DNA of 64,000 nt from Daphnia carinata (taxonomy: Eukaryota), in NCBI RefSeq assembly GCF_022539665.2, contig NC_081334.1, forward strand, positions 2,046,001-2,110,000. The letters run 5' to 3'. Within the stretch, counting starts at the first letter, position 1, and each line of letters opens with the position of its first letter. Below, in pieces: positions 12,301 through 26,000 of this stretch. The position numbers and the translations under genes are program-made. A model generated the notes under the pieces. That model saw only the letters and a list, made by a program, of their open reading frames with translations, had not been told where the DNA came from and searched no databases.

Positions 12301-15300
12301 TTTTTTTTCTTCTCTTTTCCACACACACACACAAATCATTCAATTATGCGCATACAACATCCTGTGGAACTACGCACGAGTGCATCTCTCGCAGTGCAAA
12401 ACGATCGATCGGCCGTTCAATATAACACACAAATAAAAAATCGAATAATAAAAAAAAAAAATTGTGGGGCATAAAGGGCAGTATGTGCTCGATATGTGCC
12501 CTCCATCGATTGCGATAGTCGTGACTACGCAGCGGCAACAGATATCATCGCGGGGGACGAACTACAATGGCGTTTTTTTTCGTTTTTTTGTTTTTTTTTG
12601 TTTTGCAAACAAAAGCGATGGAGAGAAAATAGATTTACCAATTTGAGCAAGGACCAGCTGTTTTTCTGTTTGCGGGCGGCATTGGAAGCAGCATCTGTCA
12701 AATCGCAAATAGAATTCGAGAAATATAAAAACACACAAAGGCGATTGGATTAGAAAGACGCGCTCCAAACACGCAGCGCATTTACAGAATGTACACACAC
12801 AAGAAAAATCGTTCAAACAACATCCCTCATTTCAGTTGGAAACCTTCAATGTTGTTGTGTTTTTTTTTTTTCTTTCGTGGCGAGCAACAGACGCGAGTAA
12901 AAACATAAATACGTTAAAAGGAGAGGTGTTCATGTCTCAATTTTTTTTTTTTGGTTTCTGATTTTGAACTGGGCCAAATGCGTCACGCGACATTCCAAAG
13001 AAATATGTGGCGTATATGGCGGTGGGAGGGCGTTAGATACTATTGACGTAATAACGATTTATTATCGACTGGCCAGCGATTTAGTTTTTCTTTTTTTTTT
13101 TTTACTGAAACTTGAACATAAAAAAGTTTCTAAAAGGAAGGGCAGTTGGACGTGTTTATGTTGACTTTTATAGTTACCGGTATCTCCGGCTAGGCTCTGA
13201 GTCGATCCATCCCAATCTGCGGCCATTGCAAAAAAAAAAAGGAAAGAAAACAAATTTTAAAAAACGAAATATTACAACATATCAAACTACAATAATCTGA
13301 TTAAGATTTGCTCTTTTTTTTTTTTTTATTAATATACTTTCAATTTTCAAGGTGTCACGTGAAAGTTTGATTGTTACGCAAGGTGGAGGATGTATACGGA
13401 AGATTGAAAGGATTTTTTTTTTTTTTTTTATTATTTACCCAGGACGCTGTTTCGCTGCGTGAGGACTTTGCTGTAGACGAGCAGATCGCCCGGGCAGATC
13501 TGCATCGGCGGAATGACGACGATGGAGCTGCGTCTCTGGGCGCGGGAATTGCCGGAACCGCCCGAGCCGCACGAGCCTCCGCCCGCGCTCCCGCCGCAAT
13601 TGCCGTCGTTTTCCGCGCAACTGCGTCAAAATGGCATACGTTTTTTTTTTTTTTTTTAGTAAGATGCCAAACATTTGTCATTGCTTCATTCATTTAGAGA
13701 TCCCAAAGAGGCAAAATGACGTCCCTCTTGGGTCGGCTAGGCCAATCATTTGGGTACGTCCGCACAAGACAAAAAAAAAAAAAGGGAACAAGCGAACGGG
13801 GGGGGGGGGTGGTGTTGAGCGATGTGAAAATGTGCGAAAGAGAAATGAGCCAATAATAGGAGAGAAAGTAATCGAGAAGAGGGGGGGGGATGACGGTAGC
13901 AGATGGAGAAAAAGATGACAAACAGACCAAGACGGGACCGAAATCAATGGCTGCGCTCACCGAGAAGGTGGGACAAGTCAGGCGGAACGCATCGTCATGA
14001 CAACGCTTTATTTGCCGTTGGGTGTGCAGTCGTAGCTCTAGTGAATATTGCACGTATAAAATCCCGAATTACCGGGTGCCCCCTTTTTTTTTTTTCCTTC
14101 CCAGCCCAACACGACCCTGTCCCCCTTTTTGTTTTCTTTCATTGTCGGCTAAACAAAGTGTCAACAGTTGGTACACTCACACATGGCCAACATCACCTTA
14201 ACGTGCGTTTAAAAAATTTGCATAGACAATGCACAGTTGACTTTGACCTACACCCAAAATCAATTCTCACTTGACATCAATCCGAACAGACGCCGTTTCC
14301 TTGATGCCGAAATGGAAACCTTGTTTACGTCTTTTCAATTACTTTTTTCCCGATTACAGCGTTTTGAAAGAGGAGCCTCGTCCAAAAGATGAAAGTCTGC
14401 GTCTCATTTCTTTTTTTCGACCCACTGCCAAGGATATATAACAAGCCGCCGATAAGGAAGCGTTAGAAGAGGCGGCAGGTACATATATTTTTTTTTATTT
14501 TATTTTGATACCTTAGCTTATATAGGCAGTTGGAGAAGGGATTTTGCCCATCATCGACGCACGATGCTTTGATCCCCGATGATCACTCGCCCGGGCAATC
14601 AAAAACCCTACGCAAGATGCTGTCTCTCTCTTTTCTGTCCTTTCGCACAGTGGTAGAGAGAGAGAGAGAGTCTAGATCCTTGACAAGCTGATATTACGAG
14701 AGCACCTTTGCGGGGCTGCCCCGCTATAACTCGCAATGTGTCTGTTGTATAAAAACGAGGCTTTCATTTTATTTTTATTTTTTTTTTTTATAGCCCTGGA
14801 AGCTTATCGATATACGCTTCTCTTTTTATATAGCACAGTGGATTGGATCTTTCGCAAATATTGTGGGCTTTTTCCTCCCTAAACTATAAGCGTCAAATTC
14901 TATAGCTTCTTTATAAAGACATCGCGTTTCAACAATAGACGGCCATCACGTGAATATTTTCATTAACTGATGTACAATGTTTTTTTTTGTTTTTTTTTTT
15001 TTTCAAATCTTAATCAGGGGCTTTCACCTATCAATCGTTAAACGCGTACCCCGACAGGTGAGGCAAGCCAAGAGTCACGCAGCCAAAAATCGATATTAAT
15101 TTAAAAAAAAAGAAAAAAAAAGAAAAAAAGACTTCATTAAAAATGGATCTGACCTGGTGGATGTTTCTTTGTCGACGCTCTGCTCCGTGTCCTCGCTGCT
15201 GTCCATGTTGTAAGGTGGGATTTTCGGCGGGACGAGGGCCCGTCGACGGGTCAGAACCGAAGCGGGCGGTTCGGGTTGTTCTTCATCAACAGCTGTCGTC

Positions 15301-18300
15301 GTCGTCGAACGCCGGCAGCCGCCGCTCCCGATACTTCCGGCGATGCTGCCACTGCCGTCCGGCGGCTGGTGATGGCAGCTGCCTGAAAGCGATTGTCCAG
15401 GAAACAGTTCGTGTTCCTTTTTTTTTTTTTTTTTCGATCAAGACAACAATGTCCATTTGTGAGTAAAAAAAAAAAACAAAACAAAATGCGTAAATAGAAA
15501 AATAAATGCACGTTAAGGAGGGTAAAATCGATCGAGGATCGTTATGTCGTAAACAGCTGAGTTTGTTACATCGTCTTGGACGTTGGGCGATGGTAAATTG
15601 ATGTAGGGTGGGTTGATGGACTCTCGGCTGCCATCTCGTCCGCGCACTCTTCCTATTGTGTCCTCCCCGAAAATAATACGTACATATGAAAAAAAAATAA
15701 ATAAATAAAAGAGATACGGCCATGAAAAAAAAAAAAAAAAAAGATTGCTGATTCAAGAAAGAATGTAATATCGATAGTACAATACGGATATGTTACCTCC
15801 GGAGACTATTTTGAGCCGGTTGCTGTCGTGTATGGACAGGCTGGACTGGTTGCTGCAAAAATGACAGGGAGGATCCGCGTCCGGGTAGTGTAGATCGCTC
15901 AAATGCTCGATCCTCGTCATCTCGGGCCCGGATTTCAGTTGATCCTCCAATACTGTCGTTCATCGTTTTTTGATCAGATGCCATTTTGCAACACGATCGG
16001 AATAAAAAAAAAAAAAGAAGAAGAAGATGGGTACAAATCAAATTTCGATTGGTAGGCACAGCGAAATGCATAAAGATAGAGTGCTCTGTTCAAAGGCAAA
16101 AGTTTGAAGTGCAACGACAAAAAGCTTGAAAAGTATGCGAACCAAAGGTGCACTGTCGAACGGCACCGTACATCTAATTGCATATAGCGGCCTGTATTAC
16201 ATCGCGCAGATAAACCAGTTTTCACTTTCGCTTTGTTTTCAATCAAAAGAGCAAGGAGTTAAATCAGAAAACAAGAAAAGCATAGAGCACCATCTGAAAT
16301 CCTTGGAGCTCTTTAATGTGAACCGAATCCTACCCCCCCCCCCCTCCCGTCCTTCTAGTAGGCGAGGATATATACGTCAACATCAAAGGGATTGCCAAAG
16401 GGGATCTGTTTCACCCTTCACGTAAGATAGGCAATTCCTCGTGTTTATACATCTGCAATGGTCGTCTTACTTCAGCCGTCAGAATACAAGAGGACTGGGT
16501 GCTCATTATCGATCGTTTTCCCATTCTCCTTTTCAAACGCATTCGGCCAATGGCCAACCGGGCGGGTCCTATAACGTGATTTGCTTCATCTTCGATTATA
16601 ATGCACAACTATCGAACCGCAAACGAAAAACAGTGTTTGGGATGATAAGCCTTAAATTTTTTTTTTTTTTTTTTTTTTTTACACGTACTGTATGATTAGT
16701 CCGCATGTTATCTTGTTGTGCTCTATGCCAGAGCTGCTGATCAATGCGTCCCGGTCTATTAATTCTATTTCTCTACCTGCGCTTCGTTGCTGATTGGTAA
16801 TACGAAACCTTTTTGTTACGGTCTGTTGGGGTCGCCCTTTTTTTTTTTTTTTTTTTTTTTTTTACATGGACAAGCGTAGAAGAAAAATCGAGCTGATTGT
16901 CATCGTATTATTATTGACCGATAGCAAACAAGAAACGATGTGGAGGTATACAGGCCCCCGCAAAAATTGAATCGCAATGTTGCCTGGTCTAATAAGAGGG
17001 GAAAACGCTAGCCCGAATACGATGTTATTGGACATGTATGAGAAGACATGTCATTGACGATGATTCATGGCGATCATCAAACAAAGAGTCCCACGCAAAA
17101 ACAAGAATGTCGTCCTGTGACGGGCATCTTTGCTCGTCAATAAGACGCAGATAAAATTCGAAAAAAAGGGGGAAATGTTATAGACTTTTGTGGGTCTTGT
17201 ACGATAACAAAAATTATGCCGAATAAAATGCTAAATAAGAAAATATGATTGGCGTATTAATCAACGTTGAAGCTGATACATTTTTTTTTTTTCACCTTGC
17301 TTGAATTGAGTCAAATCAGCAACTATTGTGAGAGAGTGGCTGAATCGACAGGGTGACAATGGCAGTGGCGATCAATCAGAAAGTTGGTCGTGTACATATC
17401 TAAGGAATCTTTTTGTGTCCGATTCTATTTACTCTTGTCGAATACAATCACATACCAATAGGTATAGCCCTAGACGGATCGATGAAGCGAGAAAGAAATG
17501 ATGAAGGAAAACACTCGAGCATTGCGGTTTCAAAGTCCCTTAAAAGAGTTTCAATATTCCCACAAAATCCTACAATCAACGTCCCTTATTGCAAATGTTG
17601 CGCACATCACACGAGAGTCTGTATCACAACAATAGCTCGGATAACAAGAAACAAAGAGCGAAGGGGGAGGGGAGGGGTTAATAATGAATACCAACACGAG
17701 TCTACGTACACTCATACGTAAAAAAAATCAGCATAAATGGGTGTTTTCGAATTGTATAACGCCGTGCATCACAAACACGCTGTTGCCTGTAGTAACTGAG
17801 AAGCTTTCACGCAACCAAGTCTATCATTTTTTTATTATTATTTCATTCGTTCACGTTTTAACGCAAGAAAAATAGTTTGCCTTCCCTTCGACAGCCAAAC
17901 AAATACGAAGAACTACTATGACTATGAAAAATGACCCGAGTCTAGGACTAGTGTTCCAAAATAAGAAGTTCGCTTTCCAGCTAACGACTTTAATAAAGAA
18001 CAAATGAAACGAAAAAAAAAAAAATGCTTATCCTTCTTCTATACAGCAGCTTGTTATACTTTAGGGGGCGTTCCACCAGCACCAGTAGCGCTAGTGGTGC
18101 CATATAATTACGACAGCTTCTCCTTTCTTTCCTTTTTTTTTTTTTTGTTTTTTTGGAATGATTACCGAGAATAGGTTGTTGTGTTGCATCTGTCGGATGA
18201 TGACAAACAAGTTGTTGCTTCCAACCGATTGGCGATTTGCCGCCAGTACCGCAAGATGCGTGATCATTATCCGCTGTGTTGAGCATCGTCACACGGATGC

Positions 18301-18692
18301 TACTGGCCCGCACGTCGATGAACGATACGCATCCGAATGTGCGACACCAAATAGCATAAATACAGACAGTCTTAAAGAAATCACCACTGGTAATTGAACA
18401 AGTCAACGGGAAGGGAAAACGTCGCTGTGATATAACAAATGAGCCTCTTCGTCAACGCAGCAATGCGGAAAAACCCAACGTTCTTTTTTTTTTTTTTTAT
18501 ATCTTCCCAGATAACACGGATGGAATGATATCGCAAAGTACAATAATTTATTTTTTGTTTAAATAAAAAAAAGAGGGAGAGAGAGCCTCCGACGCAAAAG
18601 ATTTGGCACAAAGTAACGAGAGTGGAACGGAGAACTGGGATTGCGCGGATGCAAAACCTGCTCTGAAATAGCAGCGCTATGGAGAGGCTTAT

Positions 18693-18737
<45 letters not shown>

Positions 18738-20027
18738 GCACGAGCCAGGAATGCTGCGTCGCTGCTACGGCGCCAGGAGCGCAGACCGCTATATACAAAA
18801 AGAAAAAAGGGCCCAGCGTCGTTTAATAGCTGCGCGTTTTCTTCGTCCACGACAGCCCTCTCTCGTCTTTTTCTTCATTGGCACCATCACGCAGACTCCC
18901 GCCGCACACCAACCCAAAAAGGTCTATTCGCGTGTTGTCGCTCTTATAGACGTACGTCGTGTACTTGTTATCTTTTCGCTGCGCGAGACAAAGTTGCAAC
19001 AGCATCTTGCCACGTTGATGGGCGAATGCACGCACGGAATTGCGTGATAGCCAGAGAGAAAAAAAAAAGAATCGACTACTGTTAGGGGAGGGGGGGGGGG
19101 ACAAATGAGAGAAAAGGTTGCACGAATTCACGAGCCTCTTGATGAATTTTCATTAATAGAAGAGGGCTAAGAGCTTAGTTATGTTATTAAAGCCAAGCAT
19201 CGCCAGTTTAACAAGGTCTTTTCCTTCCGTCGTTGTGGGTCGTTCATCAACTACTTCTTTATGTACTACGACAGCGTTTATTGATTTATCCTTACGTCGT
19301 GTACACGTTTTGTATTCCCCTTTGGTTGTATCGTTCGTGACCTGGGAGGACATTTTAACAAACCCCTCACCCTCCAAAAAAAAAAAAGAAAAGAATAGGC
19401 GATTTTGATGATGGCGTATTTATCTGTTGTGGATGTTCCAAATGAATCCGATCTCCCCCCCCCCGGGGGGGGGGGTACATCATCTCTAATGAGTTAACGA
19501 TGATGGGGGTCACAAAGGATGAACATCGCCCCCTCCTGTCATACCGTCGAGTTCCATCACAACAGGGAGGTTTTTTTTTTCATGCAGATGCGGTGCACGA
19601 GTCGCATAGCAACCGCAGAGTTCCATATACTAATGGAAACTCGGAAAAAAGCGAGTGTTGTGACTACGTACGCCACAACACGTAGATATTTGGGGATTTT
19701 TTTTTTTTTTCAAAGAAAAGAAATTGCCTATTGGGGCTGTCCGTCTACATAATGGTGCACTATAGACGTAAAAAAAAAAAAAAAAATAGCGACGCATCGA
19801 ATGTATTGACGTCGACGTATTGTTTCCGTCTCATTTACTATGGGTAAGCAAAAGTATTGTGCTGTGCGTGTGTGTGTGTGTCGCTTTCAATCACATGAAA
19901 AGGCCGTTGATACAAATGATGTACCACAGCGAGCAAGACTATCTTTGCGTGTCGAACCCACGTCATTGTAAAAATGGCCTGGGAAAGAAGTGTCGCTAGT
20001 TTATGGAGAAGGGTCTAACAACAAGTC

Positions 20028-20089
<62 letters not shown>

Positions 20090-23000
20090 CAAAAAAACAA
20101 AAGAGAGAGCCACACAATTCTGCTGGAATATACAGGCCAAGAAAAATGCGGAGAGAAGCAAAACATTCGTACGTGTGTATGCACAGGGCGTATAAAGAAG
20201 CGAGTGAAACAAGGGCAGGCCTTTTTCTACTTCACGTTCGAATATAAATACAAATTTCGATGGCGTGAGAACGTCACGCGGGATGATCCCATCGGTCACA
20301 ATCACTCGCAGCCTTCTTGTTTTCTGATAGCGATTGCGTATACAGCGCACAGGCAGCCACTTGGCGCTCGCCAGATACACTGTTGGTTACGAAAAATGCG
20401 GCTTGTTTTCATCCGACCAAAGAATTGCGGGACCGGGAAAAAAAAAAAAAAAACTGCCGCTATTGTGATGGCATCGAGCCATATCATTATCCAGTTCAAT
20501 AGCTATACGAGATGAGCGCGTGAGTCGAATGGAACGGTAGAAATGCTATGCGCTGCTCTTTGGCATGGCGTCAAAAGACAAAAGGCTTTTTCTTTTTCAT
20601 TTGATTTTTTTTTTTTTGTTTCTGAGGGCAGGGAATCAAGACGATGAGCAGCTGCTGGAACAAAAAAAAAAAAAAAAAAAAAAAAATGAGAGTGGACGAC
20701 GCAGTATATATATGCACACATAGAGAAGGCTAAGCAGAATGCATTCGAAGACGTCTTGATGGCTGTCGATGGTCTATTAAAGGCTTATGGCTGTAGCAGC
20801 CGGAATGAGTAAAAGGGACCCGTGAACGGTAAAGAAGAAGAATATGGCACGCAAACAAAACAAATGATAATGAAAGGAGAATGAAAGAATGCACTTGACG
20901 CGGTCGATATATAGGAAAGAGAGAGAACAGCAGGAGATACACACGTTTTTGGAGGGGGCCGGCTCGAATCCACTGGGATGTGCACGACCGTATTATGCAC
21001 AGCCGAGTGATGCGTCCGACAAACGATAGATAGGCAGCGGCTTCTCTCCTTTTTTTGTGCTGTTAATGCTGACGCGTCTACAAAGGGGCGACGTTATTAG
21101 CCTAATTTAAAACGGAATCAGAGCGAAATGAATTGGGCTAATTGCCGATCGCATCAATATCGATTTTCCTTGGGTGTTGCCTTCCACACGGAGCGGCGGT
21201 ATGTCATAAAAACAGTTTTAAGAAAACAATTGAAAAAAACAGAAATTGCTGCCGTCTCAAATAGCCATACGTGGAAAACAAAAAACAAGAGGCAAAATAC
21301 AACAATAATTCCTGCGCGATGAGAGTGAACCTCTAATCTATCCGTATTATTACATAATAAAAAAAAATCAGACAAATGCCAAATGCATTTGTCCTCTAAA
21401 CAAACTACGGGGACCTTTGCGGCCCTCCTTGTCGTCGTCCATTAGATTACAGACCGCCTAACAAAAACCCCCTGGATCCACATTATCTGTGCTCCCCCCC
21501 CACCCCTGCTTCTCCATTTCATTTACCAACATCGTAAACACGAAATTCAAACTACTAAAAAAAAAAATTGTTCCGACGGTGATTTTGTTTTTGTTTCGGC
21601 TTGTAATTGAATTTAAAGCTCTATTATGATATACCTCTCTCCAGGTAGGCGAGTCCGCTACTCGTTGGCTCGATTAGCCTCAAAGAGGCCGGCTCCGGTG
21701 AGACACTCTCCGCTCGCAAATGAGGCTGTAATAGTAAGGACGCTTGCCCGGCGTGATGGTGTTGGTAGTGATGCTGGTGGAGGTGGCGGGATCCTTCGAT
21801 GCCATCGACGACGAGGAACGACTCGCCGACAAACGATCCGAAATCCGAAGGATAGTCTGACATCTGGCGTGAAGGCAAAGAGATCCAGTCTTGACTGCCA
21901 CTTCGGCCGCTAATAGACGACGAGCAGCCCGACGCTCCGCCGCTTGATCCCGGCTGCATCCGCACAGGTGAGCGACGACATAAACGCGACAGTCGTGAAA
22001 TAGATGACGTTGCCGGACTCTATTTTTGTTTTGAGCGTGTGTTTTTTGTTTTTTGTTTTATTTTGTTTTTTTTTTCGCAGGGGGGGGAGGGAGCATCGCA
22101 GAGTTTTGGGGCGAGAAATCCGAGACGGATAAAAGAGGTGGGAAAAAAAAAATGAGAGTTCAATCTTTTTGTTCTTGTTTCACTAAGACAAACTAACATT
22201 CGTCACATTCCACAATGGCTATAACAAGTTTGCGTTTCTAATCAAAGCGAAAATACTAACTCAGCTATACTACAACTGTCTGAAATCATCCCTGGCCCCA
22301 AAACGAAAAGCATGTGACGTTTTAATTTAAAGAAGAAAAGAAAAAAATCAAATCAAATAGCACGTGGGTTGAATTCTCGAACGCGTCGTTGTGGAAATAC
22401 CGTGCTTGATTAATAATGATGTAGCAATGGCTGTCGGCTGTCGCCCAAGACCTCCAAATCATCTGATTGTAAATAGAAATCTTGATTTCTAAATCATATT
22501 TTCTTGACAGAAATCCGTTTGGCCCTTCTCTCTAAACCCCCCTCCCCTCCTGTTTTATTTTTTTGTGTGTGTGTTGTTTGTAAACGCGTCGCAAAAAAAA
22601 AAAACAAAAGAAAAATTGCTACACACAACGCGTTTCGTTATCATTGGTCGTGTCGATCGATAGATGACGAAACGTTTAGCCATTCGACTACAGGCCCCAA
22701 AGATCAAACAGCAAATGGAAACGGTTACATCTATATAACGTTAGACACACATAAACACAATTGATCTAAAGCTTCTATCGTATAGCAGTTACGTGAGGCA
22801 AGCGTTCTAATCTGCTCGTACGGACAGCAAAACGTAATCATCACAATAGCTTCTATACGAGGCTCGCCTTTTTGATATCTCTTATTCATTTGTTTTTAAT
22901 CCCACGCCAACCCCAAACGATGACGATCTCCATCACGTATTCAATTCGTAGGTGTAAAGAAGCCGTTAATGTTACTCAACGATGATTCTGTTTGTCTTCA

Positions 23001-26000
23001 CGTCATCACAATGTCAATTCGTTTGTTTGTTTTTTTAACGCACGAGAACTTAGAAATAGAAAAATATATATATATATATAAAGCGCAGACCTCGACGCTG
23101 TTTTGCTTGCGGACGGTGCAGCCGGTAGCGGCCAATGAATTACGGGCCGATTGGGTCTGACGCGGCGTCGGTACTTCCAAACTGGACTGATGCTGTGGCG
23201 ACCACGAGCGTCGCGTCGTCACTCTCGGGCCTCCCATTAAACTGTTGGCATTCAATCCCAACAAAGGGCTCAAAGTCAGTCCCGAAATGGTGGTGGAAAG
23301 CGAACGGGCGGGGGACGGAGGCGTCGCGTTCATCCGCCGATTCGAATTGGGGCTGGTGCTCGTACTCCGGTAACTACTACCCGCACTGTTCTCAGGCCGG
23401 CTCAATATCGGCGACAATGATTTGCCCGGACTTAGACGTTGATCCATCGTGTCCCGATGTCTGTCGCTTTGCTTCGTGAACGAGTTTTCAGACGGGCCCG
23501 TCGGATCGCACGGATTACTAGCTGATGAAACGGATCGATGTGCGGATACAATTGATGCAATCTGGCACCGACGATACGAACGGCACTTGGACACATCCGG
23601 GTAAACAGAAACAAAGTTCGGAAAAAACAGGACTCTTCTTTTTTTCGGAGTGAGTGCCCGCGTGAAAAGAACAAACGCCCGCGTCTCACAACAATCGATG
23701 CTCGTTAATCACTACTCTTCAGAGCAGTCCAGCAATAACGGCCCGTGCGAACATTAGCGGGACCGATGTTTGCCGATGCAATCCACATGTCGGTCATCAC
23801 CCGTTACAACGGCTGCCAAACAAGTAGCATGTCGACGTTGCGCTCTATTACACGACACGAACGCTCTTGCCTGTGCAAACGCACGGCCAAAGAAAGACAA
23901 ACTGGCCTTCGATGATGAACTAGAGGATTCGTTTCCTGTTTTCAGCGTACCGAGAGTCCCTATCACTTGCTTCGCCCTTCCGCCCGTTGAGTAGTATTAC
24001 GTGTGAGCTCACGGGTCGCAGTCACTAGAGAGAGAGAGAGAGAGAGAGGCTAAGAAATGGAGACAGTCAGAGAGAAACAGCGTGCTGTGCTCTCTCCCAA
24101 TCAATACGGAAAAGAACGAGAAGAGAGGTGGGAGGAGGAGGAGAGAGGAAGATGGATGTACACACAGGAGCAGAAGCTCACTATGTATATATATACAGGG
24201 AGGGGGGGGGGGAAAGAGGAGGGGGGAAAGAGGAGGAGGTCCAAGTGGGTGGATGAAGGTGGGAGTCTTTGTGTGTGTGTGCATATAGGTCTTTTACATT
24301 ATATATAGGAAGCCTTATTTATATTTATATCCTCGGTATATGAAACTCGGAAGCTTCTCACTCCTTTCTCTGTTTCTATTCTCCCTCTCTCAAAATGTGA
24401 CAACAAAGCGCCTTTTATATATTTCTCAAATATTTTACTACATCTATCCGTATATTGCTTATATTTTAGACTCTTTTGAAATGCCAACCTTTACACAAAG
24501 AAGACGATCAGAATATTACAGTCAAACGATTTTTTGATAATCCTCAACTCGATGAGGGCAAACCTTCTTTGTTCACGTCTGTTTCTTTCGGTTCTCAGTC
24601 GATTTCGGTTGCCTACCGAGCGCGACGTGACGCAATCAACGTTTGACAACTGATGCAATAGGTTCCCTCATGACTTTTTCAAAAATATTACGATGGACGT
24701 GCGTTAAAGCTTTAATCTAAAAGAAATTGAGAAACGAGTCAACTGATGGATGAAGTGAGAAACTGATGGGCTTAATAAGCCAAGCGCAATGTTTCAATCA
24801 AAACGGATGGCGTCATTTCCTATTTTGGCTCGACAGCTTTGAAAATAATTAAAACAAAACGTGTTCTTTAACTATTAAAGAACTCTCTCATTTCTTTCAT
24901 TACCTCGTTTAACGGCACGATTCTTTATCGACCTATTCTGATACAATGCGCATCATAGATAGTCCCTATCGTTTATGATTGTGTACGCGGCCTGGCTTTC
25001 TTTTATGAGGCGTGACGACACTATGCCAGTGTGAGCTTTTACATTAACGTAATGGAGAAAGAAATATGTTGTTTTCTTTGTTTTTTTACGATTTTTCTTT
25101 AGTTACCTTTTTTTTTTTTTTATTCTTCGACGTGTCTCTAATAAAGCGCACATATCGGAAGGTTAAGGGTGGGCTGGAAAGGAAAGGAAGTGCGAAAATG
25201 GACGAAGGGCTAGACAGATGGACACGCCGTATAAATGGATCGACACCGCCCACCCATAACGTCCTTATTTTTTCGTGACCACCCCCGTCGTGCCGAGTGG
25301 ACGATTCAAATCAAACGCACAGCCACACAATTTCACGAACAAAAAAAATATGATGCCAACAAGTGAAACGGAAATATTTGAAGGAAAAAAAAAAAAAAAA
25401 AAGAAACAGCACAAGATTTGCTTTGTTTGTTTGGAGTATTTCTTTGGAAAAATAGGACGGATCGATAGACATCAGTTGTCACTCGAACGGCATTTTTGGA
25501 AAAAAAAAACTAAAGTAGAGGATTCACTTTCTTGTAACTGTTTCACTCACTGATGTTCTTTTGCGTATGATCCGAACCAATAGTTTTTGTAAAAAAAAAT
25601 AAATAAATAAATAAAAGCAGAGAAATTGATATGGGATGATTCACTAGAATACACTGCCTAAGGGATCAAGCTTGTTTGAGCTCTTGCGCTTCAAATGTAT
25701 CCCGAACGAGTCCAGTCAACCCGACTCCCGGTTTGATTCTTGTCCCGATATGTTCTTCTTCACAGAGTCGTACCCCCCACCACTATCTCTCTCTCTCTCT
25801 CTCTTTACCATGTCTCGCTTTTCTCGCTCTCTAAAGACGCCGTCCCCAAAACTGACGTGTGCCGGCTGCTGCGCATTGACGACCTAATTTCTTTATTCAC
25901 CAAATTTCGGCTTGTGCATCGCTCACTCGTCAAGACCCAGCTAAGTCAGGTATTTTTTTTTTTTTTTTACGAAAATAATAAATCTAATAATTTTGAAAAA

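Noticed and set aside
19455..19475. C10-G11 palindrome
   Set aside because: Adjacent homopolymers in a homopolymer-rich intron; no other support.
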